Source: an uncultured delta proteobacterium (lineage in GTDB: Bacteria; Desulfobacterota; Binatia; Binatales; Binataceae). From it: a stretch of 64,000 nt of DNA. Under the pieces are notes generated by a model. That model was given only the letters and a program-made list of their open reading frames with translations. It had not been told where the DNA came from and did not search any database. Every line of letters begins with the position of its first letter. The stretch's first letter is position 1. The DNA lies in the NCBI GenBank assembly GCA_963747115.1, contig CAVVEB010000002.1:279672-343671 (forward strand), given 5' to 3'. The position numbers were made by a program, and so were the translations under genes. Shown here piece after piece: positions 23,688 through 33,279 of the stretch.

Positions 23688-24632
23688 ATGATGGACGACC
23701 ACGCCGATCAGGCGCCGGCGCCGCTGCCCGAACCGCAGAAACGCCGCCTCAGCACCTACAATCCGATCACCCTGATGCGGCGCGCCTTCGTCGATTTCGC
23801 GGTCCGTCAACTCACCAAGCCGCTTCATCGCTACGACCTCCAGACCCCCAATGACCTGACCAATCTCAGGAAGTACATCCGCAAGGGCGATGTCATCCTG
23901 GTCGAGGGCAACGAGCGCATCAGCGAATGCATCAAGTATCTGACCCAAAGCTCATGGTCGCACGCGGTGCTTTATGTGGGCGATGAACCGTTCAAGCGCA
24001 ATCCGGAAAAGCGCGACGAGTTCATCGATAAGTATGGCGAAGATCTCGATTTCCTGGTGGTCGAGGCGTTGGTCGAATTCGGGGTAATCCTGAGTCCGCT
24101 GACCAAGTATCGCGATTTCAATATCCGGGTATGCCGGCCCTACAACTTGTCCGGGCGCGACCTGCTCGAGGTCATGGATGAGGCGCTGCGCCACGTCGGC
24201 GACGTTTACGACATCAAGAATGTGGTCGATCTGGCGCGCTACTTCTTTCCGGTCTCATTGGTGCCGCGGCGGTTCCGGCGCCAGGCGCTGCAGTTCGGCA
24301 GCGGCGAGCCGACCCAGGTGATCTGCTCGAGCCTGCTGGCCGAATGCTTCGATCGGGTGGGGTTTCCGATCGTGCCGAAATTCGCACAAGCGCCCGACCC
24401 GAGCGCGATTCCCTCGCGCCGGGTGATATGGAAATTCCGCACGCGGTCGATCGCGAATCCGTACGGCGTGATGCGCCGGGTCTCGCCGACCTTGATCACG
24501 CCGCGCGACTTTGACTTGTCTCCCTACTTCGAAATAGTCAAGTTCAATGTGATAGAGAATCTCAGGTTCGACTATCGTAAGATTCTATGGGCCGATGAGG
24601 AGCAGGCGATCCCGGCCAAGAAGCCCGCCTAG
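23688..24632 (+). CDS. putative permuted papain-fold (YiiX/YaeF, C92-like) hydrolase
   Basis: GDVILVEGNERISECIKYLTQSSWSHAVLYVG (His region) is followed later by QVICSSLLAECF (Cys region). This is the permuted order seen in YiiX-type NlpC/P60 relatives. Assignment is by motif only. Confidence 0.45.
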   Translation: MMDDHADQAPAPLPEPQKRRLSTYNPITLMRRAFVDFAVRQLTKPLHRYDLQTPNDLTNLRKYIRKGDVILVEGNERISECIKYLTQSSWSHAVLYVGDEPFKRNPEKRDEFIDKYGEDLDFLVVEALVEFGVILSPLTKYRDFNIRVCRPYNLSGRDLLEVMDEALRHVGDVYDIKNVVDLARYFFPVSLVPRRFRRQALQFGSGEPTQVICSSLLAECFDRVGFPIVPKFAQAPDPSAIPSRRVIWKFRTRSIANPYGVMRRVSPTLITPRDFDLSPYFEIVKFNVIENLRFDYRKILWADEEQAIPAKKPA

Positions 24633-24713
24633 CAGCCTCGCGATGCGAAACCGAGGTGACGGATTGCGGCGAATCGATGGGCGGCGGAGAATTCGAATCG
24701 GGGGAAGACCGAC

Positions 24714-24995
24714 GTGAACGACGAACAAGAAAATTCCAATGAGCGCCGCGAGCTGCTCGAAAAGGCGATCGCAAAAATTCTCCATCGCCACTGCAACTTC
24801 GGCTGGGCCAACTATTATATTCCCAGCGAAAAGTTTCCCAGTCTGATCGAAGAGCTGGTTGAGGTCTTAAGTCCCGGCGGACAAGTCGGGCATGGCGAGC
24901 TGGTAAATTTCCTGCTCGGCACGCAGCGCCTGTCCTCGATTCAGGAGCGCGCGGCGAAGCTCGAGGCAGGAGTTCGCGATTTATCGCAGGAGTAA
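24714..24995 (+). CDS. hypothetical protein (93 aa)
   Basis: Intact ORF with an acidic N-terminus and no recognisable domain. Coding status is not proven. Confidence 0.3.
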   Translation: MNDEQENSNERRELLEKAIAKILHRHCNFGWANYYIPSEKFPSLIEELVEVLSPGGQVGHGELVNFLLGTQRLSSIQERAAKLEAGVRDLSQE

Positions 24996-25157
24996 CGAAT
25001 AGGCGCTGCGGAGCAACCAACGGCGCCGAAGTCACACCATAATCGCTCATAAACGCGTCCGCGCGACTACATCGGCGTCACCGCCGTACACACAAAAGCA
25101 ACACTTTTACAACATTTCAGCGGCGGCCGGGGTGGCCGGCATCCTCGCAATTTGGTC

Positions 25158-25195
25158 AAAAAAAAGGGCGGCCACCGGGGGGGTCGGTGGCCGCC
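25158..25195 (-). terminator. strong rho-independent terminator (minus strand)
   Basis: On the minus strand: GGCGGCCACCG, a 7-nt loop, CGGTGGCCGCC, then eight U (A-run 25158-25165 on the plus strand). Confidence 0.78.
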
Positions 25196-25350
25196 TCGCG
25201 GAACAGGGTTAACAAGTAGAGGCTGGTTAGGTCGCCCTGTTTACGCCTTGGGGGGTGGCCCGCTTAACTCATCGGGGGGTGAGTACGCGAGGAGGAAACG
25301 CTATCGCGGGCCATGCCCTTCAATTGGTGGCTATATTCGTCACACCTGAA
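25196..25350 (-). ncRNA. candidate structured small RNA or long 3' UTR ending at the 25158-25195 terminator
   Basis: 237 nt lie between the TetR stop and the terminator, with no credible ORF. Internal helices are GGCCCGC (25257-25263) with GCGGGCC (25306-25312), and AACAGGG (25202-25208) with CCCTGTT (25235-25241). No family recognised. Confidence 0.25.
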
Positions 25351-25372
25351 AATAAGACGGAGAGGCGAAACC

Positions 25373-25412
25373 GATTATTCAAATCGATTTCGGATTATTC
25401 AGATCGACTTCG
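25373..25412. repeat. tandem 20-bp repeat (2 copies, 18/20 identical)
   Basis: GATTATTCAAATCGATTTCG followed by GATTATTCAGATCGACTTCG. The first copy contains the 10-bp palindrome AAATCGATTT. Confidence 0.7.
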
Positions 25413-25431
25413 ATAGACTTGGGCTATCAAA

Positions 25432-26082
25432 TCAATGGATAGCTTGGGGCATGCGTCGGTCGGTAAGGAGCAGGGTGGCGTAACGCTTGAGCATATTGAG
25501 GATTTGCGCGGTTTCTTCCTCATTGCCGACGATCAACCGCATCGCCATCCCATCCATCAAAGCGAAGATAAACACGGGAATGAGCTCGAAATCAGTCGTA
25601 AGCGGCGAGGGGCCGAAAATCTCCTTGAAATAAGCCTTGAGGTCGTGCTGATAGCGATCGTTCATCGCGGTCAAAGCCTCGCGCAGGATACGATCGGTTC
25701 GTGCCGCCACCACCAGTTCCAGCCAGGCATGGAAGACCGGTCCCTGGAACATTTTCCATAGCAATTCCACGGCGATCGGCCGTCGATCGGTGCCGGGCGG
25801 CACGCTCGCGAAAGCCTTGCTGAAGTCCTCCAGCCGCAAGCGGAAGACATGCTCAACCGAGGCGATCACGAGGTCTTCCTTGCGCGGGTAATGATGCAGC
25901 TGGGCGCCGCGCGAGACCCGCGCGCGTTTCGCTATTTCAGTCGTAGTCGTGCCTGCGTAGCCTAATCGCGCCAGGCAATCCACGGTCGCATCGATCAATC
26001 GCGCGCGCATCTGGGTGCTGCGCTCTTCCTGGGTTCGTCTGCGGGGGACTGCCACGGCGAGTGAAGTGACCACCTTTTTCAA
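25432..26082 (-). CDS. TetR/AcrR family transcriptional regulator
   Basis: The N-terminal HTH ARLIDATVDCLARLGYAGTTTTEIAKRARVSRGAQLHHYPRKEDLV matches the TetR_N pattern. Transcribed divergently from the Kelch gene. Confidence 0.85.
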   Translation of the reverse strand: MKKVVTSLAVAVPRRRTQEERSTQMRARLIDATVDCLARLGYAGTTTTEIAKRARVSRGAQLHHYPRKEDLVIASVEHVFRLRLEDFSKAFASVPPGTDRRPIAVELLWKMFQGPVFHAWLELVVAARTDRILREALTAMNDRYQHDLKAYFKEIFGPSPLTTDFELIPVFIFALMDGMAMRLIVGNEEETAQILNMLKRYATLLLTDRRMPQAIH

Positions 26083-26154
26083 CTCTACTGATGGTTATAA
26101 AAACAGTCAAGTCTGCTTGGAAATGGTCAATTAACAGATGATGAACGAGGGCCA

Positions 26155-26172
26155 CTTGGTCAGTATACCAAG
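26155..26172. promoter_or_regulatory. candidate operator palindrome in the TetR/Kelch divergent promoter region
   Basis: CTTGGT-N6-ACCAAG lies in the 190-bp AT-richer intergenic region. A CATAAT -10-like box is at 26239-26244. Confidence 0.3.
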
Positions 26173-26272
26173 CCTACGCCATAAGAAACGTCTTAAATCT
26201 TGCATGGAATGGTGTAGTTGAGCTATGACATAACACGACATAATACGCTAAAGAGGGGAATTCCGCTTTAAA

Positions 26273-29200
26273 ATGCGCTTCAAGCCGTTCACGCGGTCAC
26301 TCGCCGCGCTGAGCTCATCACTGCTGCTTATGCTGGCCGCGTCTGCGCGCCCGGCATTCGCGCAGCCCGGCGCCGCCGCGTCATTAGACAGCGTGACTCC
26401 CATTAGTAAACTAGCTGTCGGGCCGAGGTCGATTGGCTTCGGAATCAATCTCGACAAGGTGACCTCCCAGACCAAGCACTTCACGCTTATCAACACCGGA
26501 ACGCTCCCGCTCGATGTCACCGTCGGCGCGCCGACGGGAGTCGATGCCAACGATTACACTATTTCCGGCCCCGGCCTCACTGGTGCGGGAGGAACCATCA
26601 CGATCCCCGGCAAGGTCGCGCACTCCACCGCGAATAAGGTCGCGGTGAATGTCACCTTCGCGCCGCCGGCAGCAGGCATTAAGCTGCTCGCGACAATTCC
26701 GATCACCGATGACGCGACCATAGGGATAACTTCAGCAACCATCAATCTGCATGGCCACGCGATCCAGCCGAAGCCGACACCGACGGCAACCCCGACTTCG
26801 ACCGCAACGGCAACCGCGACTCCGACCACGGTACCCACCGCAATGGGCGCCACGCCAACAGCTACTGCCACATCAACCGCAACGCCGGACCCAAGCGCGA
26901 CGGCGACCGTTACAGCTACCGCGACTACAACTGCCACTACTACGGCGACATCTTCGGCGACAGGTACAGCAACGACAACCGCGACGGCACTGCGACGGCT
27001 ACCGCGACCAAAACAGCTACGGCGACCGCTACCCCGACCAAGACTGCCACGCCGACCGCTACTACGACTGCAACCGCCACCGCGACGCTGACGGCTACCG
27101 CGACGAAGACTGCGACTGCAACCACGACGCCAACAGTCGCCGCGACGGCGACCGCGACCAAAACAGCTACGGCGACGGCTACCCCGACCAGGACTGCGAC
27201 GCCGACCGCACTGCCACCGCCACCAAGACAGCAACCGCAACGCCAACGCTGACGGCTACCGCGACCAAGACAGCGACTGCGACCGCGACGCCAACAGTCA
27301 CCGCGACGGCGACTACGACCAAAACAGCTACGGCGACGGCTACCCCGAGCAGGACTGCGACGCCGACTGCCACTACGACTGCCACCACCACCAAGACCGC
27401 AACCGCAACGCCAACGGCTACTGCGACGGCGACCGCGACCAAAACAGCTACGGCGACCGCCACCGCGACCAGGACCGCCACCCCTACGATGACCGCCACT
27501 GCGACGCCGACTGCGACCGCAACCGCGGTCACCGTCTCAGGTGTCGCGATACAGAATGCGATGAATGGCGCCTCGGTCACCGCGCTCTCGGTCAACTCCA
27601 ACGGCTCCGATGGTTCCACACTGGCTAGCACCACGGCGAATGGCAGCGGCCAGTTCTCGATGGTTATCGCCGCACAGAGTGGTCCGGTGCGTTTCCGTGC
27701 GAGCGGCGGCAGCTATGTCAGCGAGCAGAACGGCGCGACGATCAGCTCTCCCAGCCCATTGTCCGCGCTGCTGCCGAGCTTGCAGAACAATCTTTCCGGA
27801 GTATCGATCAATCCGCTGACCACGTTCGTGGACTCACTCGCGCAGGGAAACATTTCGCGCGGCCAGACCGTTGCGGCCGCGCTGAACAATTCGACGACGT
27901 CAATCGAGCAGGACTACGGCATCTCGACCGATCTCTCGACCCTGACCCCGCTTTATACCTCGGGCGCCGTCGGTACCGACGCATTCCGGCTCGGCTTGAT
28001 CCTCGGCGCGATGGTGAACGAAGACCAACTCGCCTGCCCCAGCGCTCCGGGTGGACTGGTCAGCGCACTGTCGAGCGATATTTCCGATGGTGTATTCGAC
28101 GGCGCGAGTTCCGGGACGCCGGTCTCATATTGTGGCGGCAACCTGGCCGCTATCGCGGGGATCGCGCAGTTCGGCGATGCGCTTTCCGGCCTGCAGGACC
28201 TGACGCTGGCGACGAGTGGATTTGTTTTCGGCGGGACCAACAACGAGCTGACCCTCAATGGCGTGACCGCCGCTAACGCTTTTGCTGATGCCGCGACGAT
28301 CGAGGCCGCGCTGTCCAGCGCCGCCCCTGCCTCGGTCAACAGCTTCGCCGCCACCACGCCCTCGATGCGTGCCGCGCGTGAGTCTGCCACCGCGACGTTG
28401 TTGCCCAACGGTAAGGTGCTGATCGCCGGGGGCCTTACCACTAACGATCTGACCAGTACGGAATTATACGACCCCGTCGCTGGCACCTTCGCCGCCTCTA
28501 CGCCCTCGATGAACACCGCGCGCGACAGCGCGACGGCGACCCTGCTGCCCAACGGCAAGGTGTTGATCGCGGGCGGCTTCACCGGCGACGCGAACACCGC
28601 ACTGACCAGCACCGAGTTGTACGATCCGGTGGCTAACACCTTCGCGGCTGCGGTCTCGACGCCAGTCATGAATGTCCCGCGCACCTATGCGGCGGCGACC
28701 CTATTGCCCAACGGTAAGGTGCTGATCGCCGGCGGCTACAACTTCCCGACCGGCGCTCTCATCAGCACCGAGCTATATGACCCGGTCGCAAACACCTTCG
28801 CAATTTCGCCGCCCTCGATGAACGGCGCGCGCTACAATGCGACCGCGACGCTGCTGCCCAACGGCAAGGTGCTGATCGCGGGCGGCTTCAACAATACCGT
28901 CACCGCGCTCAACACCACCGAGTTGTATGATCCGGTCAGCAATACCTTCGCGGCTTCGACCCCGACGATGAACTTCGCGCGTACGCAAGCTACCGCCATG
29001 TTGCTGCCGAGCGGCAAGGTGCTAATCGCCGGTGGCGCGGACGCTTCGGCCAATTCGATCATCGAGGCCGAGTTGTACGACCCGGCGACAAACACGTTCG
29101 CGTCCAAACTGGCTTTTATGAACGAGGGACGTGAAGAGGCCACCGCGACCCTGCTACCCAACGGCAAGGTGCTGATCGCCGGCGGCCTCGATTTCAATAG

Positions 29201-29411
29201 CAGCACTTCCACTGACGCTGTTCTCAGCAGCATCGAGTTGTACGATCCGGCGACCAACCTCTTCGCGCCTTCGCCGCCCTCGATGAACACCGCGCGTGAT
29301 CTGGCCACCGCGACCCTGCTACCCAATGGCAAAGTGCTGATCGCGGGCGGCGCCGAGGCGCCCGCACCGTTCCCGAACTATCAGTCCACCACGGAGCTGT
29401 ACTCTCCGTGA
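26273..29411 (+). CDS. large secreted protein: Ig-like domain, Thr/Ala/Pro-rich repeats, CarboxypepD_reg-like domain, 7 Kelch blades (two frameshifts inside the repeats)
   Basis: Signal peptide AASARPAFAQ. The TATATKTATATPT repeats are readable only by -1 shifts near 26987 and 27207. VSGVAIQNAMNGASV...GSGQFSMVI follows. The motif ATATLLPNGKVLIAGG...TELYDP occurs seven times. Confidence 0.8.
26985..27525 (+). repeat. imperfect tandem DNA repeats (120-160 bp units) encoding Thr/Ala-rich linker
   Basis: The marker GACCAAAACAGCTACGGCGAC recurs at 27006, 27156, 27317 and 27437, with similar flanks each time. Confidence 0.8.
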
Positions 29412-29458
29412 CGTAGCCGATGCTACAACCATCGGTAAGTACCGCAGGAGAAATACCG

Positions 29459-29970
29459 ATGGATGCAATCGAAGCAATTCTCAATCGAAAAGTTCAGCGC
29501 GCATTCTCAAGTCGCCCGGTCCAGGCGAGTCAGCTCGCGACCGTTGTCGATGCGGGCCGCCATGCGATGAGCGCGCGAATCTGCAGCCGTGGCAGTTTAT
29601 CGTGGTGCGCGACCGCGAACGCCTCAAAGCGATGGGCGCGCTATGCTCGACCGGCCGTTTCGTCGCGGATGCTCCGTCGGCGATCGTCATTGTAAAAGAT
29701 CTCGGCAATGCGCGATGGGCCGATATCGATTGCGCGCAGGCGGTGCAGAATATGGCGACCGCCGGATGGGCGCTCGGATTGGGAACCTGCTGGGTCGGCA
29801 ACTTCGACGGGGCGAAGCTATCCGAACTGCTCGCAATCCCCGAAGGATGGGCGATCTTCACGATTCTTCCGTTCGGCTATGCGGATGAGAAAAATCTTCC
29901 GCAGTCGAAGCCGCTCAAGAGCCGCGCCACGATGGTGCATTACGAGAAATACGGAAACCTCAAGCCCTAG
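29459..29970 (+). CDS. nitroreductase family protein (single frameshift near 29577)
   Basis: AGGAG RBS. MDAIEAILNRKVQRAFSSRPV...HAMSAR, then in the next frame NLQPWQFIVVRDRERLKAM...GLGTCWVG. Confidence 0.8.
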
Positions 29971-30030
29971 CCACAAAGACCTGCTTAGTGTCTCTGTGGC
30001 TCCGTGGTAAATTCTTATGCGAGGACATTC

Positions 30031-30471
30031 ATGGCGATAAAACAGCAGAAGCCAGCCGAGGCTCACGACACCATCAGCAAAAATCCCGGTGCGATTTATC
30101 TCGATGTGCGAACCGAGGGCGAGTTCGCGCAGGGGCATCCCGCAGGTGCGCTCAACGTACCGGTCGTCTTCATCAAGGGGCCCGGAAATATGCAGCTCAA
30201 TGATGACTTTGCCGCGGTGGTCGAAAAGGTCCTCCCCAAAAACGCGAAGCTCATCGTCGGGTGCCTTTCCGGCGGGCGCTCGCAGCGCGCGTGTGAAATT
30301 CTCGAAGAAAACGGCTACATCGACCTCACCAATGTGGTCGGCGGCTTCGGCGGACAGCGCGATGCCTCGGGCGCCATCATTGTAAAGGGATGGCGCGACG
30401 AAGGGCTTCCCGTCAGCGTCGACACCGGCGATGCGAGCTATCAGTCGCTGCGCAAAAAAGCGGGGCTGTAG
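30031..30471 (+). CDS. rhodanese-domain sulfurtransferase
   Basis: YLDVRTEGEFAQGHPAGALNVP and the active-site loop CLSGGRS. Confidence 0.8.
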   Translation: MAIKQQKPAEAHDTISKNPGAIYLDVRTEGEFAQGHPAGALNVPVVFIKGPGNMQLNDDFAAVVEKVLPKNAKLIVGCLSGGRSQRACEILEENGYIDLTNVVGGFGGQRDASGAIIVKGWRDEGLPVSVDTGDASYQSLRKKAGL

Positions 30472-30476
30472 GCGTC

Positions 30477-31121
30477 ATGGCGATCAGGCTCTCGCGCATC
30501 TACACCCGCACCGGCGACAAGGGCACCACCGCGCTGGTCGGCGGCAAACGGGTTCCCAAAGAGAGCCTCCGGCTCGAGGCTTACGGCACCGTCGATGAGC
30601 TCAACTCCATCGTCGGTATCGTGCGCACGTACTTGCCGCAGTACAAAAGTGCGCTCGGCGACGACTTCACCTGGTATTCGGAAATGCTGCGGCGGGTTCA
30701 GAACGAACTCTTCGATGTCGGCTCGGAACTCGCGACTCCCACCGAGGCCGAGTACGAGGGCATGCACAAGATGGGCGAGGGCGAGGTCAAGCAGCTCGAA
30801 GAAGAAATGGATCGGATGGAAAAGCTGCTCCAGCCGCTCAATTCGTTCACCTTGCCCGGTGGCGGAGTCCTCAATGCGTTCCTGCATCAGGCGCGCACCG
30901 TATGCCGCCGCGCCGAGCGGGTCTGTTGGGCGCTCAAGCGCGAAGAGGAAGTGGGCGATCACGTCATCATCTATATCAACCGTCTCAGCGACCATCTGTT
31001 CGTGCAATCGCGATGGATCGCGAAGCGCCTCGACGAGCCGGAATTCCTGTGGGACCGCGGCCTGCGCCTCGATCCAAAAGCCGCGCGCGCCGCGCAAAAG
31101 AAGAGCGGCGAAAAAAGGTAG
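30477..31121 (+). CDS. pduO: PduO-type ATP:cob(I)alamin adenosyltransferase
   Basis: IYTRTGDKGTTALVGGKRVPKESLRLEAYGTVDELNSIVG and FTLPGG motifs. Confidence 0.88.
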   Translation: MAIRLSRIYTRTGDKGTTALVGGKRVPKESLRLEAYGTVDELNSIVGIVRTYLPQYKSALGDDFTWYSEMLRRVQNELFDVGSELATPTEAEYEGMHKMGEGEVKQLEEEMDRMEKLLQPLNSFTLPGGGVLNAFLHQARTVCRRAERVCWALKREEEVGDHVIIYINRLSDHLFVQSRWIAKRLDEPEFLWDRGLRLDPKAARAAQKKSGEKR

Positions 31122-31127
31122 CGAGAT

Positions 31128-31826
31128 ATGGCGACCGCATCGGAAAATCACGTGCACCTGCGTCAGGTCGAGATCGGACCGATGGCGAATTACGTTTACA
31201 TCATCGGCGATCCGGCGACGCATAAAGCGGCCGTCGTCGATCCCGCCTGGGACATCGACGCCATCATCGATCTGGTGGGCCGCGACGGTTACGAAATCGA
31301 CAAAATCCTGATCACCCACTACCATCCCGATCATCTCGGCGGCCGCATGATGGGCCAGAATATCGAGGGCGCGGCCGAGATGCTCTCCAAGGTGAAAGCG
31401 AAAGTTTATCTCAACAAGCACGAGGCGGAAGGTGCCCGGAGAATCGCCGGGCTGTCGGATTCCGATATCGTCAAGACCGACGCGGGCGACGTGGTCAAGG
31501 TCGGCAATCTGGAGGTGAAATTTCTTCACACCCCCGGGCATACCCCGGGCTCGCAATGTTTTCTGGTCGACGGCAACCTGGTGTCGGGCGACACCTTGTT
31601 CGTGAACTCATGCGGCCGGGTCGATCTGCCGGGTTCCGATCCCGCGGCGATGTATCGCAGTTTGAATCAGACGCTGCGAAATCTTGACGACGCGACGGTG
31701 GTGTATCCGGGCCACCACTATTCGCCGGAAGCGAGTTCGACTATCGGCAATCAGAAGCGCACCAACCTGTATATGCGCTTTTCAAGTCTCGACGATTTCC
31801 TGAACGCGATGGGCTACTCGCGCTGA
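31128..31826 (+). CDS. MBL-fold metallo-hydrolase (glyoxalase II / persulfide dioxygenase-like)
   Basis: ITHYHPDHLGG metal motif, HTPGHTPGS, and GDTLFVNSCGRVDLPG. Confidence 0.8.
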   Translation: MATASENHVHLRQVEIGPMANYVYIIGDPATHKAAVVDPAWDIDAIIDLVGRDGYEIDKILITHYHPDHLGGRMMGQNIEGAAEMLSKVKAKVYLNKHEAEGARRIAGLSDSDIVKTDAGDVVKVGNLEVKFLHTPGHTPGSQCFLVDGNLVSGDTLFVNSCGRVDLPGSDPAAMYRSLNQTLRNLDDATVVYPGHHYSPEASSTIGNQKRTNLYMRFSSLDDFLNAMGYSR

Positions 31827-31850
31827 AATCTCCTCGCGGTGGGTTTTCGC

Positions 31851-32258
31851 TCACGCTTCGTTGAGCCCCGATCGGACGCGCTCTTCGCGCGCGACATTGC
31901 GCCGAATCGTCGCGCCGAACATGTACGCGATACCGATTCCCACGCTCATCGGAAGCACGATGATCGGCATGTCGCGAAGGAACATGTCGGACGCCCATCC
32001 GAGCAGCCCCGAAGCGATCGCCATCGCGAGCAACCCGGCGCTGATCGTGCATATGAGGAATTTGTCGCGCGGCGAGGGCGCTGCAGTCGCGGCGCTCGAC
32101 GTCCCCCATCCGAATGCGAGAGTCCAGATCGAGGCCGCCAGCAGCGCCATCACCACATACGACGCCTCGACCGTGGGCCGCGCGCAGGTCAAGCCCCACA
32201 GCGCAATCGCGAAGGTCATTATCCAGAAGCTGATGCATTGATAGATGTTCTCGCTCAT
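31851..32258 (-). CDS. small integral membrane protein (135 aa, ~4 TM)
   Basis: GGAGG RBS precedes the ATG at 32258. The protein has four hydrophobic segments and no recognisable family. Confidence 0.45.
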   Translation of the reverse strand: MSENIYQCISFWIMTFAIALWGLTCARPTVEASYVVMALLAASIWTLAFGWGTSSAATAAPSPRDKFLICTISAGLLAMAIASGLLGWASDMFLRDMPIIVLPMSVGIGIAYMFGATIRRNVAREERVRSGLNEA

Positions 32259-32365
32259 CAGATTTGCCTCCACGACCTCCCGGAGAAACGGGCGGGCTCG
32301 CCAAAACCTACAATTACTGCTCCGCTTTTGTCGATGCCAGCCCGCCGCCGGCAAACCCACATCAT

Positions 32366-33250
32366 CTACGCGGTGTGCGCGAGGATGAATTGGCCGAGCT
32401 TGTTGATGGCTTGCTGGCCTTCGGGAAGAATCTTCGCGAAGGCATGCCACACGTGAAACATGTCCGGCCACACTTCGAGCTCCACCTTCACCCCGTCCCT
32501 TTTGGCGCGCTGCGCGACTCGCGTCGCATCATCGAGAAGGGTTTCCGCATCGCCGACCTGGATCAGCAAGGGAGGCAGTCCGTGAAAGTCGGCGTGAATC
32601 GGAGCCGCGAGCGGATTTTTCGGATCCGCGTTTCCAAGGTAGAGCTTCGCCATCGGCAACAATTCGGCTTTTCCTACCATTGGATCTCTGTTTGCCCGCG
32701 ACTCGAAAGAGGCGCCAGTGGCCTCCATATCCGTCCATGGGGAAATTGGCGCCGCCGCCGCGGGCATCGGCAACTTTCGATCGCGGATCGAGAGCAATGC
32801 GGCAAGGGTCAGGCCGCCGCCGGCGGAATCGCCCGCGATGACGATCTTGCCGGGCCGGTAGCCATTGCCGAGCAGCCATCGATAGGCCGCGAGGGTATCT
32901 TCGAGGGCCGCGGGAAAGGGATGCTCGGGCGCGAGCCGGTAGTCGATCGCGAGGGCACGGGCCTGCGCCGCGCGCGCGATCCTGGCGACCGTCGCACGAT
33001 GCGTCTTTATCGAGCCCATCACGTAACCGCCGCCATGGAGATAAAGGATGACCCTGTCCGCCGCCGCCGTGGGCGGTATGATCCATTCGGCCGGCACGCC
33101 GCCCGCGTTAACCGTCTCGCAGGTTACATCGGTCGCCACGCGCTCGCTGAAGAGCTCCATGCCGGCACGCATCTGAGCCACCGTGGCGTTGGGATTGCGT
33201 GGCGCCGATTTCAACATTTCCAGAACCCTGCTCAACTCTGCGCTAGCCAT
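32366..33250 (-). CDS. alpha/beta hydrolase fold-3 esterase/lipase (HSL family)
   Basis: Oxyanion motif LHGGGYVMGS and nucleophile elbow GDSAGGGL. Confidence 0.85.
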   Translation of the reverse strand: MASAELSRVLEMLKSAPRNPNATVAQMRAGMELFSERVATDVTCETVNAGGVPAEWIIPPTAAADRVILYLHGGGYVMGSIKTHRATVARIARAAQARALAIDYRLAPEHPFPAALEDTLAAYRWLLGNGYRPGKIVIAGDSAGGGLTLAALLSIRDRKLPMPAAAAPISPWTDMEATGASFESRANRDPMVGKAELLPMAKLYLGNADPKNPLAAPIHADFHGLPPLLIQVGDAETLLDDATRVAQRAKRDGVKVELEVWPDMFHVWHAFAKILPEGQQAINKLGQFILAHTA

Positions 33251-33279
33251 TGGATCTCCCTTCGAACTTCGCGTGAAGC

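Noticed and set aside
25152-25349. 65-aa plus-strand ORF (MVKKKGGHRGGRWPP...)
   Set aside because: It has a Gly/Arg-rich composition, runs through the terminator hairpin, and has no RBS. The region is better explained as a minus-strand non-coding transcript.
26554-27634. Minus-strand ORFs translating as VAVAVAV... (26554-27246, 27179-27634)
   Set aside because: They are antisense read-through of the Thr/Ala (ACN/GCN) repeat array of the Kelch protein gene, so they are a compositional artefact.
26985-29400. Regular repeats that might have been a CRISPR array
   Set aside because: The units are 120-160 bp, imperfect, contiguous (no unique spacers) and in-frame coding (Thr/Ala linker, Kelch blades). 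No cas genes are present.
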